DNA of 45,040 nt, counting the filler, from Catajapyx aquilonaris (Eukaryota): NCBI GenBank assembly GCA_000934665.2. It is 2 parts of 2 records of this genome, joined end to end, with 100 filler letters (N's around TTAATTAATTAA, not from the genome) between each part and the next. Parts side by side here need not be neighbours in the genome. Positions count along the whole stretch, not along the records: positions 22,573 to 45,040 come from JYFJ02005864.1; 1 more part is not named here. One strand, 5' to 3'. A program made the translations under genes and the position numbers. Within the stretch, counting starts at the first letter, position 1. Each line of letters begins with the position of its first letter. Positions 25,056 to 38,542 of the stretch are shown piece after piece. A model generated the notes under the pieces. That model was not told the DNA's origin and ran no database searches. It was given only the letters and a program-made list of their open reading frames with translations.

Positions 25056-28000
25056 TCACACGATGACAGCCCAGGGTGTAAAAGTGCTCTTGTCAGGAAG
25101 AGGTGGCACCTGGAAGTGCAAGTATTGTCATAAGTACATGCTGATAATTGCAACAACTACTTTTAATAGTATCAAGCAGTTACCTTTGCTGTCAAATGAT
25201 CAGGGCAGGCCATCCTAATCCTCTCGGCAGTGGCAGGTGAATCGAGCCTGAAGTGTCCTTTGCCTACACCTGCATCGTCTCTAGCAGCTCTCAGAGCATC
25301 CTTCAAGGCGAAGAACACTGAAGAAGCAAGGAACAGGGGTGGTTCCCCAACTGCCTTTGACGACATCACTGCTCTGGGATTTGGGGCTCCCCTCAGCAAG
25401 GAAACATTAAACTCCTGAGGCACATCTGCAAATCCAGGAATCTTGTATGCTCCAGGTCCTCTTGTCAGCAAATGGCCCTTTGGAGAATACAGCAGCTCTT
25501 CCAGTGTGAACAAGCCCATTCCCTGGACAAAGGCACCCTCCACCTGCCCAATGTCAATGGCAGGGTTCATGCTCTCCCCAACATCCATCACTATGTCCGT
25601 CTTGAGGACCTGGTGGTCTCCTGTGAGACAATCCACTTCTACCTCACAGAAGGCTGCTCCAAAGCAGAAGTAATCGAACGGATTGCCACTGTTTGTTTCC
25701 CAGTTGTATCCTATATCAGGTGTCCTGAAATTGCAACGAGGATATTTTTAAAAAGTGCATCAAAACGGAGTGTATAAAATTTTAAAATGTCGATCCCCAA
25801 CCTGTAGAATCCGGTGACAGCAAGAGACACTCTCTCCATGTATGCCTCGGACACCCAATCTTCCCAAGTTCCTTTAGGATTGGCTGCAATGAAGGGCTCC
25901 AAACGCTCCATCAGAATCTCACAAGCATTCTGTAAAAATGTTTGATGACACAACGTTGACCACAATCTGCACATTTATAGTAATTCCAAGTGTTCCACAG
26001 AATTTCTGAACCCATATTATACAGCTTGAGGATATGACTGACCTGAACGGCCATTCCATTGAGATCTGAGCCAGAGCTGGCGGCAGTGGCAGATGTGTTC
26101 GGTACTCTGTCTGTTGCAGTCTCTGCCACATGTATCCTCTCAGGTGGCACACGCAAAACCCTGCAGGCCACCTGCACCATTTTTGTGTGTAACCCTTGGC
26201 CCATCTCTATGCCTCCATGACTAAGCAAAACGGAACCATCTCGGTAAACAAGAAGAAGAGCACCAGCTTGGTTCAGAAACTTTGCCGTAAAAGCGATGCC
26301 AAACGTGGTAGGGATCATGGCAATGCCCCTCTTCTTCCAGCGATTCTCACTAAAAAGGAGCAGTAAATGACGGATTATAGCAAAATATCAGTACGCCTCA
26401 TAGCCGTCATTTACCAGTTAAACTGATCCACATCCCTCCTGCGCTGGTCATAATTGGCCCTCTGGTAGCATTCCTCCCAGCATCTCCTCACCGTGCATCT
26501 CTCCAGCAGCTGATGGTAATGAGTTTCCTGGCCCTCCTGATAAAGGTTCAGCTGACGAACCAGAGCGGGCTCCACTCCAAGACGGGCTGCCACCTGGTCC
26601 ATCATATTCTCCCCTATAAACATTCCCTGAGGACCTCCAAAACCACGGAATGCAGTGTTTGAAGGCAGGTTGGTTCGACAGCATGCACCAGTCACCCTAA
26701 TGTTGGGAATCATGTAGGCATTCTGCACATGGAAGACTGCCCTCTCCAACACTGAGATGGACAGATCAGTAGTGTTTCCAGCATTGGCATAGAGTTGTAC
26801 ATCCAAGGCAGTAATGCGTCCGTCACGAGTGAAGCCAGCTCGGTACCTCCCCATGAAAGGATGTCTGCCGCCAGTGATAGCCATGTCTTCATCACGATCC
26901 AGCATGCAGCGAATTGGACGTTTATATCTGCAAGGGAAATATGTCAGTAGTTTTTGTGGCCAATTACATCACATGTACAACTTACTTGTTGACTGCTACT
27001 GCCATGGGCAATGCCAGCAGTGCAAACCTGCTCTCTTTCCCTCCAAAACCACCACCAATCCTCTTGATTCTGACATACACCTTATTTGCAGGTAAGCCTA
27101 ACGCATGAGATATTAGGTGCTGCAGCTCGCTTGGGTGCTGTGTGGAGCACACAACCTCCAACTCCTCTTCCCTCGGCACCACCATGCAGGCATGAGTCTC
27201 CAAATAGAAGTGCTCCTGGCCCCCCATTCGTACCTCTCCTTCTACTTCACCATCAGACTCTGCCCATCCTTGCTGCAGACTACCCCTCTCTATGCAACGA
27301 TGGAAATCCTCGTAGAATGACTTTTTCTCAACAGCCTCTTCTATGGTCAAGATAGTTGGGTGGATATCCTCATAGTCCACTTGAACTAGGCGGGCTGCAC
27401 GAAGAGCCAGGTCACGATCCTCTGCTATCACTGCACCAACGACCTGCCCGACACAAGTCACTGTTTCGGAGGCAAAGATCTCATCATCCTGGAAGATTGG
27501 GCCAGTACGGTTGCTCTCTGGCATCAGATCAGCAGCACTCACGAAGCCAACCACACCTTCCAAGGAAAGTGCTTTGGAAGCATCCACCTAGATTGAAGCA
27601 TGGGTGTTAACAATGCATTTCAAAACAGCTCAGCATAATATCCAGCATATCGGCTTAGACAGTTACAGACGAATTCATCGAACCTGCAAGACCCGAGCGT
27701 GTGCCCTGGTGCTAGTGACAAGAGCCATTGCTAACTCTTTCTCAAGGCGGGGAAAATCATCACAGTAAAGTGCCTCTCCAGTGGCCTGCTTGAGACCAGA
27801 CATGTGGACAAGGGGTCTTCCTATTGGGTCCCGTTCTGGCTGCCCTTTTGGAACTATCTGGTACATTTGAGAGCTTTTGGGAATATCAGTGTGAAGGGGG
27901 GAAGAAGCAGACATCTCCCTGGCTGAAGGGAGGATTGTGATGGTTGGAAAGTGCGGGTTGAGAGCTTTGCGGATATGATGATGGAATTTGAAAAAGAAGC

Positions 28001-31000
28001 TGAGAACGAGGGAACGGCGGTAGGCAACCATGCCTCCTGGGACTGACGGTGGTAGGGGAAGCTCTTCCACAAGGCTGCTGCAAACATCTTCAAGCAGAGA
28101 TTCATCCCATGACCTGCAACAAGCAAGTTCAGTCAATAATAGTCCAATCGTAAAATCAAAGTATTATTCAGTTTCACAGATTGTTCAGTCTACGGTGTAC
28201 CTATAATACTCAACATATGTACGAGCAATTGTCATTTACATATTCAAGGATCAAATTCATTATTACCTTCCCACAGCCAATTTAGCAGTCTTGAGTGCCA
28301 TGACGGCTGTGGGAGCCATCCCTCCAAAGGCCATGCTGAGCTCTTTCACCTTGGTCGTCCCAGGCTGGAAAACTACTCTCATCCCTGCATTTACAATGGC
28401 AATGTCATCATCACGACGCCTTGCCTGCTTGTAGCCCACAAAGTATTCGTTCTCTTGCATGTAAGGGAGGAACACATTTTCCAGCACCTCTTCCTGACGG
28501 ACAACGTTTCTGCGATATCCAGTGAAGAAAGTGCTGTCCAGAGGAACCTGCCTCTGTCCACCTGGGATGACAACAAAATGGATTTACTGTGTGGATCTTT
28601 TATGAACAATGAGTCGTGCAGTGAATATGCATACAATAAATGTGTGCACTCATTATAACTGGTGACTTCAGTGTCACCTGCAATTTTTTTTATAACGAAC
28701 CACTTTGAATATGGGTTCTTACTTTTACTGCGAAGAGTGAGTAGGCAGCCTGCAGCCATCATCAAAGGGATGAGGTCCGAAATGGGGCTTCCAGTCATTA
28801 TGTTGCCACCTATGCAACCAGCATTACGAATCTGCTTCCCAGCAAACCAGTGCAGCATGTCCACTATGGCGGACATCAACCAAGTCTTGCGCTCTGTAGA
28901 AACAACCAAAACAATTAAACTCATATAATAACTTAAAGGCAAGTGAATGGAATTAAGTCATAATAATGGAGATGGCAGTGTACTGTACCTGGTTCTCTAG
29001 CTATGGCCACTTTGAGTTCCTCCTCCATGTCGGACAAGCTGACTGAAGCTCCAACAGTAATTCCATGGCCATTGTGATCAACTCGGTTCAATTCCTTCAC
29101 TTCTCCAGGGTAGATTAAAACTGGATAGTAACAGTTCTTGAACTTCACTTCCACTCCTACAAACATGACATAAAACAATAATAATAATTAGAGGGCCTGT
29201 GTAGCAACAATAATGATTTAATTACAAAAATTAGTATTTAATTACAAAAATTAGGAGTTTCAACATTTCCTTAACTCACCTATTTCTGTGTTGCCCACTA
29301 CAATCTTTGCCTGAGGGTTCTTCTCTTTCAGATCAAGCAACTGGTCCATGGAAATTGGTCTAAACCACGCAACTCGTTTCCCATGTATGGACAAGTACTC
29401 CTCATCCAAATGAGACTGCAGCTGCAGCTCTGGAGGAAAGATTGGCTCCTGAGAAGGATCCAATGGCAAGTAGTGGGAAGGGTCAAACAGATGTCGCCCG
29501 ATCCCATCCTTCCTGTCCTCTTCCAGTGCCTTCTTGCAGCACCCATCCGCCTTGCCGCATCCACCACCACCACAGCATCCCCCATTCATCATTGGCGTTG
29601 GGTAACCGTTGCTCAGTCCCTCAGACGTCAGGGTCCTGTATCCTTCCAGAATGGGGCGGTAACCAGTGCAACGGCAAAGGTTTCCTGCATGGCGGCCAGA
29701 TGTCAAAGCATGCCTCCCAAATGATTAATTCAAGATACGCTGAGACCCACCTTGAAAGGCCACCTCAACCTCCTTCATGGAGGGCACAGGCTGATTCCTG
29801 AGGAGGGTGTACATGGACATGACTATCCCAGGAGTGCAGAAGCCACACTGGGATCCGTGGCTCTTGGCTATTCGTTCCTGGGCCGGATGCATGCCCTTGG
29901 CCACGCTGCCAATGCCTTCCACTGTGGTGATTGCAGTGCCATGGGCAGCACATAATGGGAACAGGCATGCATTCACTGCTATGTGGCTGCTAAGCGCTAA
30001 GGAACCCTCACTGCTGGCTCGCTAATGTTTCCTATGTTACTTATAAAGTCCAAGGCTTCAGATGACGAATTGAAATTTTCAAGAAATAACCAGTTAAAAA
30101 ATAATTATGATTTTGTATCTCGTATGTTTATAATAGGTCTTTAAATATCAGAGTGGGCTCATTCATTTAACAATATATTATTTGAATTATTACTTCTCAG
30201 CAGTTAATGATGGTATTTATGTTAAACAACAACAACAAGTTGCAACAGCAAAGGATACACAACTTTTTTCTTCTTTCGATCCATTTTTGAAAGCATCACT
30301 GTGCAGGCGCCACATCCACCTTCACCACATCCCAGCTTTGTACCAAACAGGTGCACTGTTCTCTCGATTAAGGAATAATTACATATAACCATGTTGTCAC
30401 CATGTTATGCCTAAGAATCAACTAAGAGATTGGAGATAAATGAACAAAGGAAGCAAAAACAATAGATTACCATTCTCCACACATTTCCTAGATAAGAAAG
30501 ATCGTTATTCCAGGAAAAAACCAGACCTGGATAATTGTCCTTTTACCAAGAAAACTGTCAATGCGTAAGCACTGCTTAATAGCAGGTGTACCCTACCTAC
30601 TTTCCTGGTCTCAAACATTGGGTATTTTTTTTAAACTTTCTTACCCATGTCCTGCCAAATGCTGTGAGAGAAAAAAAACTAATGTAGTTGGAAGATATCA
30701 AAGTTGGGCAATAGTCTTACCGAGTAATTTTTTTAAATGCACTTGAGAGAGTGAAATGAAAGTTCAACAAGTGTCAATTGTGTAAGTCGTTAAATGAGGA
30801 AAGATGTCTGGCAATATTCCAAGGTAATGATGGCACATAAAGAAGTCGCATTTGTGAGTGATCTTTGAACATGTCATGGTGTCCTTGAACAATGCCAGTA
30901 AACTTCAATCACAAGAAATTTCATAGACGAAAAAAAAAGTCATCTCTGACATTGTATCTTTCTTTGAACATACAGTACACTCAAAATCTGCCACTGAGAG

Positions 31001-31193
31001 GGCCACACAATCAGCCTTTAGGTGCAATCTGTTACGTAAGACAACTTTGAAAGTTATGACTGCGGCAATAAATATGTACACAGCAAAGGATACACTTATT
31101 CCGTAGGTATTGCAGCAAGGTCCATTCTGGCTCCACGTGTTCATCTTCAACTTTCTTCCCATTCACAAAAAACACTAACTTCTCGCTATCCAT
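25056..31193 (-). CDS. XDH: Xanthine dehydrogenase, copy B (canonical active site), 14 coding exons
   Basis: Starts [15 protein letters not shown]. Fe/S motifs [42 protein letters not shown] motifs [25 protein letters not shown]; Moco motifs [44 protein letters not shown]. Last exon 25109-25056 [21 protein letters not shown] boundaries traced. Confidence 0.95.
29987..30258 (-). other. U12-type (minor) intron 2 of XDH-B
   Basis: Donor GTATCCTTT (30258-30250); branch-like TTCCTTAGC (30004-29996) 9 nt before the 3' end; no polypyrimidine tract. Confidence 0.85.
30356..31093 (-). other. U12-type (minor) intron 1 of XDH-B
   Basis: Donor GTATCCTTT (31093-31085); branch site TTCCTTAAT (30375-30367) 11 nt before the 3' end; no polypyrimidine tract. 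Confidence 0.92.
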
Positions 31194-32227
31194 CTTGAAT
31201 CCTCAGATGAATTCCACAGCCGCACTCGCCCTAAAATTACGTACCAATTCGTGCACTCTGTTTGCACATATTTAATGCAGATTCACGTATAACAACATGC
31301 AGTCGTGCTTTAAAAGAAATCTAATCACTTACCTGCCCTTATATGCAAGGCAATATAATCTCTGGCAGACGATAAGCACACACTGGAAGGAAAACGTCTG
31401 GTTGCAGCAACATCCAGGAACCTACTGGCCAAGAGAGGGAGGCAAAATTGTCCTTGACCTGAGAGGTTGCCCTGAAGCTGTCGAATCGTAACCTTTCTCT
31501 TGAAATGCGAGGCCCACTATCAGGTTCCTGCCCTTATCTTGCCCTTGACATCCTTTTTTTCTGTGAAGCTTAAGATGTGGTTGTGTAACCATGTGGAACA
31601 AAACAGGGGAAGGGATTGGCACAACCAGCCAAGGCACATGATTGCACTGATTATGTGGGTTTGGGAACAGATGCAATATATTGTGCACTGGAATATGTAG
31701 GAAAAAAACCAAATTTTTTCACCTTGTGTGGGTAAAATACACCATTAATGGTAAAATACATCCGTAAGATTTATGAAATATGTACTGAAACAAGCATGCA
31801 TTACAAACAGGTTATTTCTTCCAAAGTAACGTGCTGATGCAATACAATGGACAGTATGGGGTATTGACAGAGAAGCACTTTCGTTTATGAACAGATTATG
31901 TCACTTTATCTAATGGGAAAGTGAGAGGTTATCAGCTAACTGTTGCAAATAATCAAACTAAAACTGATCATAAAACAAACCTGCACTTCCTTGATAGATG
32001 TACGAATAAACAATGGTAAGATATGTTCTGAGGGGTCGATGACATTTGATATAATCACACTGTCACTTTCAGTTATTAATGTGAAGTCCTACGACAACAT
32101 GGCACATGCAACATAATATCAACAGAAATGAAAAGTTATGCAAATTATGTTGAAAATAAGTCCCCTGCAGTACTGGTGCCACAATAAGTCCTGACGATGC
32201 AATTATATGCTCTTTGGTCCTGATGCT

Positions 32228-35200
32228 TCATACAGTGATAGACCATGGCGTAAAAGTGCCCTTGTCTGGAACAGGCGGCACCTAAAAGACCACATAATGA
32301 ATTTACATAAGCAGTTACATAAAAGCAAAGATGACTGTCTCATTTTGATTTTTTTTTGGACACAAAGATCTAGAATTCAGAAGATTGAAGCAACGTTAGC
32401 AACACTGTGTTACCTTTGCTGTCAGATGATCACAACATGCCATTCTAATTCGCTCCACAGTGGCAGGTGAATCAAGCCTGAAGTGACCTCGGCCAACCCC
32501 AGCATCTTCTCTAGCTGCCTTCGCAGCCTCCTTAATGGCGAAAAAGACAGAGGACGACAGAAATAGCGGTGGTTCCCCAACTGCCTTCGACGACATCACT
32601 GCTCTGGGATTGGGAGCTCCCCTCAGCAAGGCCACGTTGAACTCCTTCGGCATATCTCCAAACCCCGGTACTTTGTACATCCCAGGTCCCCTTGTCAGAA
32701 GCTCCCCTTTTGGTGAATACAGCAGCTCTTCCAGTGTAAACAGGCCCATTCCCTGGACAAAGGCACCCTCCACCTGCCCAATGTCAATGGCAGGATTCAG
32801 GCTCTCCCCAACGTCCATCACTATGTCTGTCTTAATAACTTGATGGTCTCCAGTGAGACAATCAACCTCCACTTCAGAACAGGCTGCTCCAAAGCAGAAA
32901 TAATTGCATGGCTTGCCAGTCTTAGTATCCCAGCTGTAGCCGATGTCAGGTGTTCTGCAGAGAATAGGGTGGTATGGGAGCAACTATTGACATTTCCTTA
33001 CTCAATCATATAACGTCGCCTGCATCTTACTGCCAGATATAATTAATTTACCCGTAGAATCCAGTTGTTGCCAACGACACTCGATCCAAGTATGCCTGCC
33101 TCACCCAATCTTCCCAACTTCCTTTTGGGTCCGACTTCATGTACGGTTCCAGACGCTTCATTAATGCCTCACAAGCATTCTACAAAATATCAACATTTCA
33201 AGTGTAGGTAAATAATGAGAGTCAATTTTAAATCAGTCTGACCTGCACTGCCATTCCATTAAGATCTGAGCCCACACTGGCTGCTGTAGATGTTGTATTG
33301 GGGACTTTGTCTGTTGCAGTCTCAGCCACGTAAATCTTTTCAGGGGGGACCTGGAGAACCCTGCTGGCCACTTGCACCATCTTTGTGTGCAATCCTTGGC
33401 CCATTTCAACACCACCGTGGTTCAGCAGAATTGAACCATCTCGGTAAACAAGAAGTAGAGCCCCAGCCTGGTTCAAGAATCGACTTGAGAAACCTATGCC
33501 ATATAGCGTAGGGATCAGGGCTATTCCTCGCTTCTTCCAGCGATGCTCCCTGCGGTACGACAAGTAACATTATGTAGAAAATTCTACATGTTTAACAATT
33601 CAAATCCTTACTGATTGAACTGCTCCACATCCATCCTCCGCTGGTCATATTTAGCCATCTGATAGCACTCGTCCCAGCAACTCTTTAGTGTACATCTTTC
33701 CAGAACTTGTCCGTAAGGCATCTCCTGCCCTTCTTCATACAAATGTAGCTGTCGAATTCTCACTGGGTCTATTCCTAGTTCTGCTGCCACATGGTCCATC
33801 ATGGTCTCCGCTATGAACATGGCTTGGGGTCCACCAAAAGCTCTAAATGCGGTGTTTGATGGCAGATTGGTTCGACAAGACACTACATCGACCCTAATAT
33901 TAGGAAACATGTAAGCATTCTGTGCATCAAAAATGGCCTTCTGTACAACAGGTGAAGAGAGGTCAGCAGTATTGCCAGCATTTGAATACATGTGAACTTC
34001 CAAAGCGGTGATTCGTCCCTCATGAGTGAAACCAACGTGGTACTTTCCCAAAAAGGGGTGCCTACCACCAGTAATGCACATGTCTTCATCACGGTCAAGC
34101 ATGCAGCGAACTGGACATTTATACCTGCAGAAAGAGAAGGAAACTACCATTATACAAAAGCCTAGTTTGTACGACTTACACAATTAATCATGACCATAAC
34201 GGGCACGAACACTGATACAATTCATGGGAGGTGCGTTAAAGGCACAGCAACTCACTTATAAGCAGCCACAGCAACAGGTAAAGCCAGCACTGTACATCTG
34301 GTCTCCTTTCCTCCAAACCCTCCTCCAATCCTCTTGACTTTTACATACACCTTGTTGGTAGGCATCCGCAGCACTTGAGAGACAAGTTGTTGCAGCAGGG
34401 TTGGATTCTGAGTGGAGCATGTGATTTCCATCTCATCTTCCCTCGGCACCACAAAGCAGGCTTGAGTCTCCAAGTAGAAGTGCTCCTGCCCCCCTATCCG
34501 CACCTCCCCTTCCACCTCCCGGTCTGAATCTGCCCAACCCTGCTGCATGCAGCCTCTCTCTATGAAGCGAGAAGAGTCTCCTAAAAACATCTTGTGCTCA
34601 ATGGCTTCCTCGATGGTCAAGATCGTTGGATGAATGTCCTCGTAATCCACATGCACTATTCGAGCAGCACGACGAGCCAGATCACGGTCACAAGCCAGTA
34701 CTGCACCTATGACCTGGCCTACACAGGTCACAGTCTCAGAGGCAAAGATCTCATCGTTTGAGAAGGTAGGAGCAGTGTTGTTGTTCTCTGGAGCCAGGTC
34801 TGCAGCACTGACGAAGCCAACCACGCCTTCCAGGGAAAGGGCTTCTGAGGGGTCCACCTGGGTGTATACATGTGTTGAGCATTAGATCTGATTTAAATAA
34901 ACAGTGATATAAGCACATCCTTGATGACATACCTTCAGGATGTGAGCGTGTGCCCTGGTGCTAGTGACAAGAGCCAGTGCTAACTCTTTCTCCAGACGGG
35001 GAAAGTCATCGCAATAAAGTGCCTCTCCGGTGGCTTGCTTGAGACCTGACATGTGGACAAGGGGTCTTCCTATCGGGTCCCACTCTGGCTGTCCTTGTGG
35101 AACTATCTGGTACAGCTGAGAGCTTTTGGGAATGTCTAAGTGAAGGGGAGAAGAGGCAGACATTTCCCTGGAGGGTGGGAGGGTGGTGATGGTAGTTAGG

Positions 35201-38066
35201 TGTGAGCTGAGGACTTTGCAGACGTGAAGATGGAACTTGAAAAAGAAGCTGAGAACAAGTGACTGACGGTAGGCGACCATCCCTCCTGGAACTGAAGGCT
35301 CAAGGGGGAACTCCTCCACCAGACTGGAGCATACGTCCTCAAGGAGAGATTTGTCCCATGCCCTGTAATTGATAAGTTCTGCAAGATACTTGGCGGTAAA
35401 GAAACTCCACAAGATGCACAGTATATCCTGACCACTAACATTGTCTTGATATTTGTACATGTAGTACAGTACTTACCTTCCCACAGCCAATTTAGCAGTC
35501 TTGAGTGCCATGACGGCTGTGGGAGCCATCCCTCCAAAGGCCATGCTGAGCTCTTTCACCTTGGTCGTCCCAGGCTGGAAAACTACTCTCATCCCTGCAT
35601 TTACAATGGCAATGTCATCATCACGACGCCTTGCCTGCTTGTAGCCCATGAAGTATTCGTTCTCTTGCATGTAAGGGAGGAACACATTTTCCAGCACCTC
35701 TTCCGGACGGACAACGTTTCTGCGATATCCAGTGAAGAAAGTGCTGTCCAGAGAAACCTGCCTCTGTCCACCTGGGATGAAAATAAAAATGGATTTACTG
35801 TGTGTATCTTTTATGAACAATGAGTCGTGCAGTGATTATGCATACAATAAATGTGTGCACTTATTATAACAAAGTGACTTCAGTGTCACCTGCAAATTTT
35901 TTCATAACGAACCACTTTGAATATGGGTTCTTACTTTTACTACGAAGAGTGAGTAGGCAGCCTGCAGCCATCATCAAAGGGATGAGGTCCGAAATGGGGC
36001 TTCCGGTCATTATGTTTCCTCCTATGCAACCAGCATTACGAATCTGCTTCCCAGCAAACCAGTGCAGCATGTCCACTATGGCGGACATCAACCAAGTCTT
36101 GTGCTCTGTAGAAAAAACCAAAACAATTAAACTATGAAGAAAATTTCTGTATCAAAAGTCCTAAGAATGGAGATGGCAGTACGTGCTGTACCTGGTTCTC
36201 TAGCTATGGCCGCTTTGAGTTCTTCCTCCATGTCGGAGAGGCTGACTGAAGCTCCAACAGTAATTCCATGGCCATTGTGATCAACTCGGTTCAATTCCTT
36301 CACTTCTCCAGAGTGGATTAAAACAGGATAGTAACAGTTCTTGAACTTCACTTCCACACCTACAAACATGACATACGTAGAGCAATAGTCAGAGCAAATA
36401 TAATTGGACGGCTTCACTAGCAACAATTAGGTTGCAAAAAGCACGCAGTTTCAACATTTCCTTCTCACCTATTTCTGTGTTGCCCACTACAATCTTTGCC
36501 TGAGGGTTCTTCTCTTTCAGATCAAGCAACTGGTCCATGGAAATGGGTCTAAACCATGCAACTCGTTTCCCATGTATGGACAAGTACTCCTCATCCAAAT
36601 GAGACTGCAGCTGCAGCTCTGGAGGAAAGATTGGCTCCTGAGAAGGATCCAATGGCAAGTAGTGGGAAGGGTCAAACAGATGTCGCCCGATCCCATCCTT
36701 CCTGTCCTCTTCCAGTGCCTTCTTGCAGCACCCATCCGCCTTGCCGCATCCACCACCACCACAGCATCCCCCATTCATCATTGGCGTTGGGTAACCGTTG
36801 CTCAGTCCCTCAGACGTCAGGGTCCTGTATCCTTCCAGAATGGGGCGGTAACCAGTGCAACGGCAAAGGTTTCCTGCATGGCGGCCAGATGTCAAAGCAT
36901 GCCTCCCAAATGATTAATTCAAGATACGCTGAGACCCACCTTGAAAGGCCACCTCAACCTCCTTCATGGAGGGCACAGGCTGATTCCTGAGGAGGGTGTA
37001 CATGGACATGACTATCCCAGGAGTGCAGAAGCCACACTGGGATCCGTGGCTCTTGGCTATTCGTTCCTGGGCCGGATGCATGCCCTTGGCCACACTGCCA
37101 ATGCCTTCCACTGTGGTGATTGCAGTGCCATGGGCAGCACATAATGGGAACAGGCATGCATTCACTGCTATGTGGCTGCCAAAGAGATAAAGAGGTGAGT
37201 TAATTTGTTGGTCACAGGACTTCCTTATTACGAAAAATCTATTTTGTCATTTCCTTTGCTCGTTACTGTCAATTTTGTTATAACCAATGTTCCAAGAAAT
37301 AACATCATTAACATGCATTAATATGTAACTTTTTTCACAATGATCAAAAGTGACTGAATGTTAAAAGAATACATACACAATTACGTTCTTCCGGCGATCA
37401 ATTTTCGACATCATCACAGTGCAGGCTCCACATCCACCTTCTGCACAGCCAAGTTTTGTACCATACAAGTTTACTATTGTAATGGTTAAGAAATTTTCTT
37501 TGAAATGGAACAGAACTGTGTTGCTAGATAATAAATTGACAAGAAACAATTTAAATCTACACTACACCAATGATTTTTTAAATAGAAATTGTGGAAATAT
37601 AGTTTCCGAGTAAACTCTGGATTTACATTAGGGCCTACTGTAACACTACAAATGTCATAAGGAAAATTGAAATTGCATTTGGCAGTATCACTTTATCGTT
37701 ACTATTGACAAGCTTTCTAGTTAATCGGCAGAAGATAGTAATGTCCTCGGAACTTAATAAATCAAGGCCAAATGTTATTGATTCCTGAGAAGTTCTAAAG
37801 CTACCATGAGGCAGACACTCTTATTGTTGTTCACTTATGCTACAAAATCAGAAACATGGAAGTGCAGTAATGCAAAACACTGCCAATTTTCAAAATTCCC
37901 TGCATGAACTAATTTTACACATCTTCGGTAAATACTTGTCACTAAATCAAAATGCATTAAGGATACATTTAGTGCGCAGATACTGCAGCAATGTCCATTC
38001 CGGCTCCACATGTTCATCCTCCACCTTCTTTCCATTGACATAAAACACTAGCTTGTTACTGCTCAT
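32228..38066 (-). CDS. XDH: Xanthine dehydrogenase-like paralogue, copy A (divergent substrate pocket)
   Basis: Starts [15 protein letters not shown]. Same exon structure and motifs as copy B (exon 1 100 nt, exon 2 97 nt). Ends [17 protein letters not shown]. Moco domain has VVQKAIF and AFRAFGGPQ in place of VLERAVF and AFRGFGGPQ. Confidence 0.93.
37474..37966 (-). other. U12-type (minor) intron 1 of XDH-A
   Basis: Donor GTATCCTTA (37966-37958); branch site TTTCTTAAC (37493-37485) 11 nt before the 3' end. Confidence 0.88.
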
Positions 38067-38542
38067 CTTAAAACTGAGGAGTCACCCAAGCACACAGCAC
38101 AGGTATAAGTGAACACCATTGCACAATGTGAAGCAAGGTTGCGTCCTTGTTTTTTTCCTGATAACTGAACTCATTATATAACTCAACCACTAAACAAAGT
38201 CATGTCAATAACATTCACACCTTCAATAGAGTGCAGTATTCCACCTAATAGTAATCACTTACAACCTTATGTACATGATTAAAAAGTGCAGTTTACAGAA
38301 TGATGTCACTAGTTACACTCTGGCGTCTCCGTATTGCCTCTTACACTGGCCAATAACCAATTGTATTTGCACATATAAGGTAGATTTTTTGGGGGAAAAA
38401 AGTGTATCTTATATGGCGCCAAATACAGGCCTGTGCAATTATTAAAAGGGACGTTTTCTGAAATTGTCATCCAAGAAGACACATATTATGCAAAAAACAA
38501 TATATTGTCAATACCTAGGACTGTACAAACGCATTTAAAAAC

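Noticed and set aside
25056..38066. XDH copies as uncollapsed haplotypes, or as aldehyde oxidases
   Set aside because: Moco exons and most introns are too diverged for alleles. Both keep the Glu802 equivalent and FFTGYR, so they are XDH-type rather than typical AOX.
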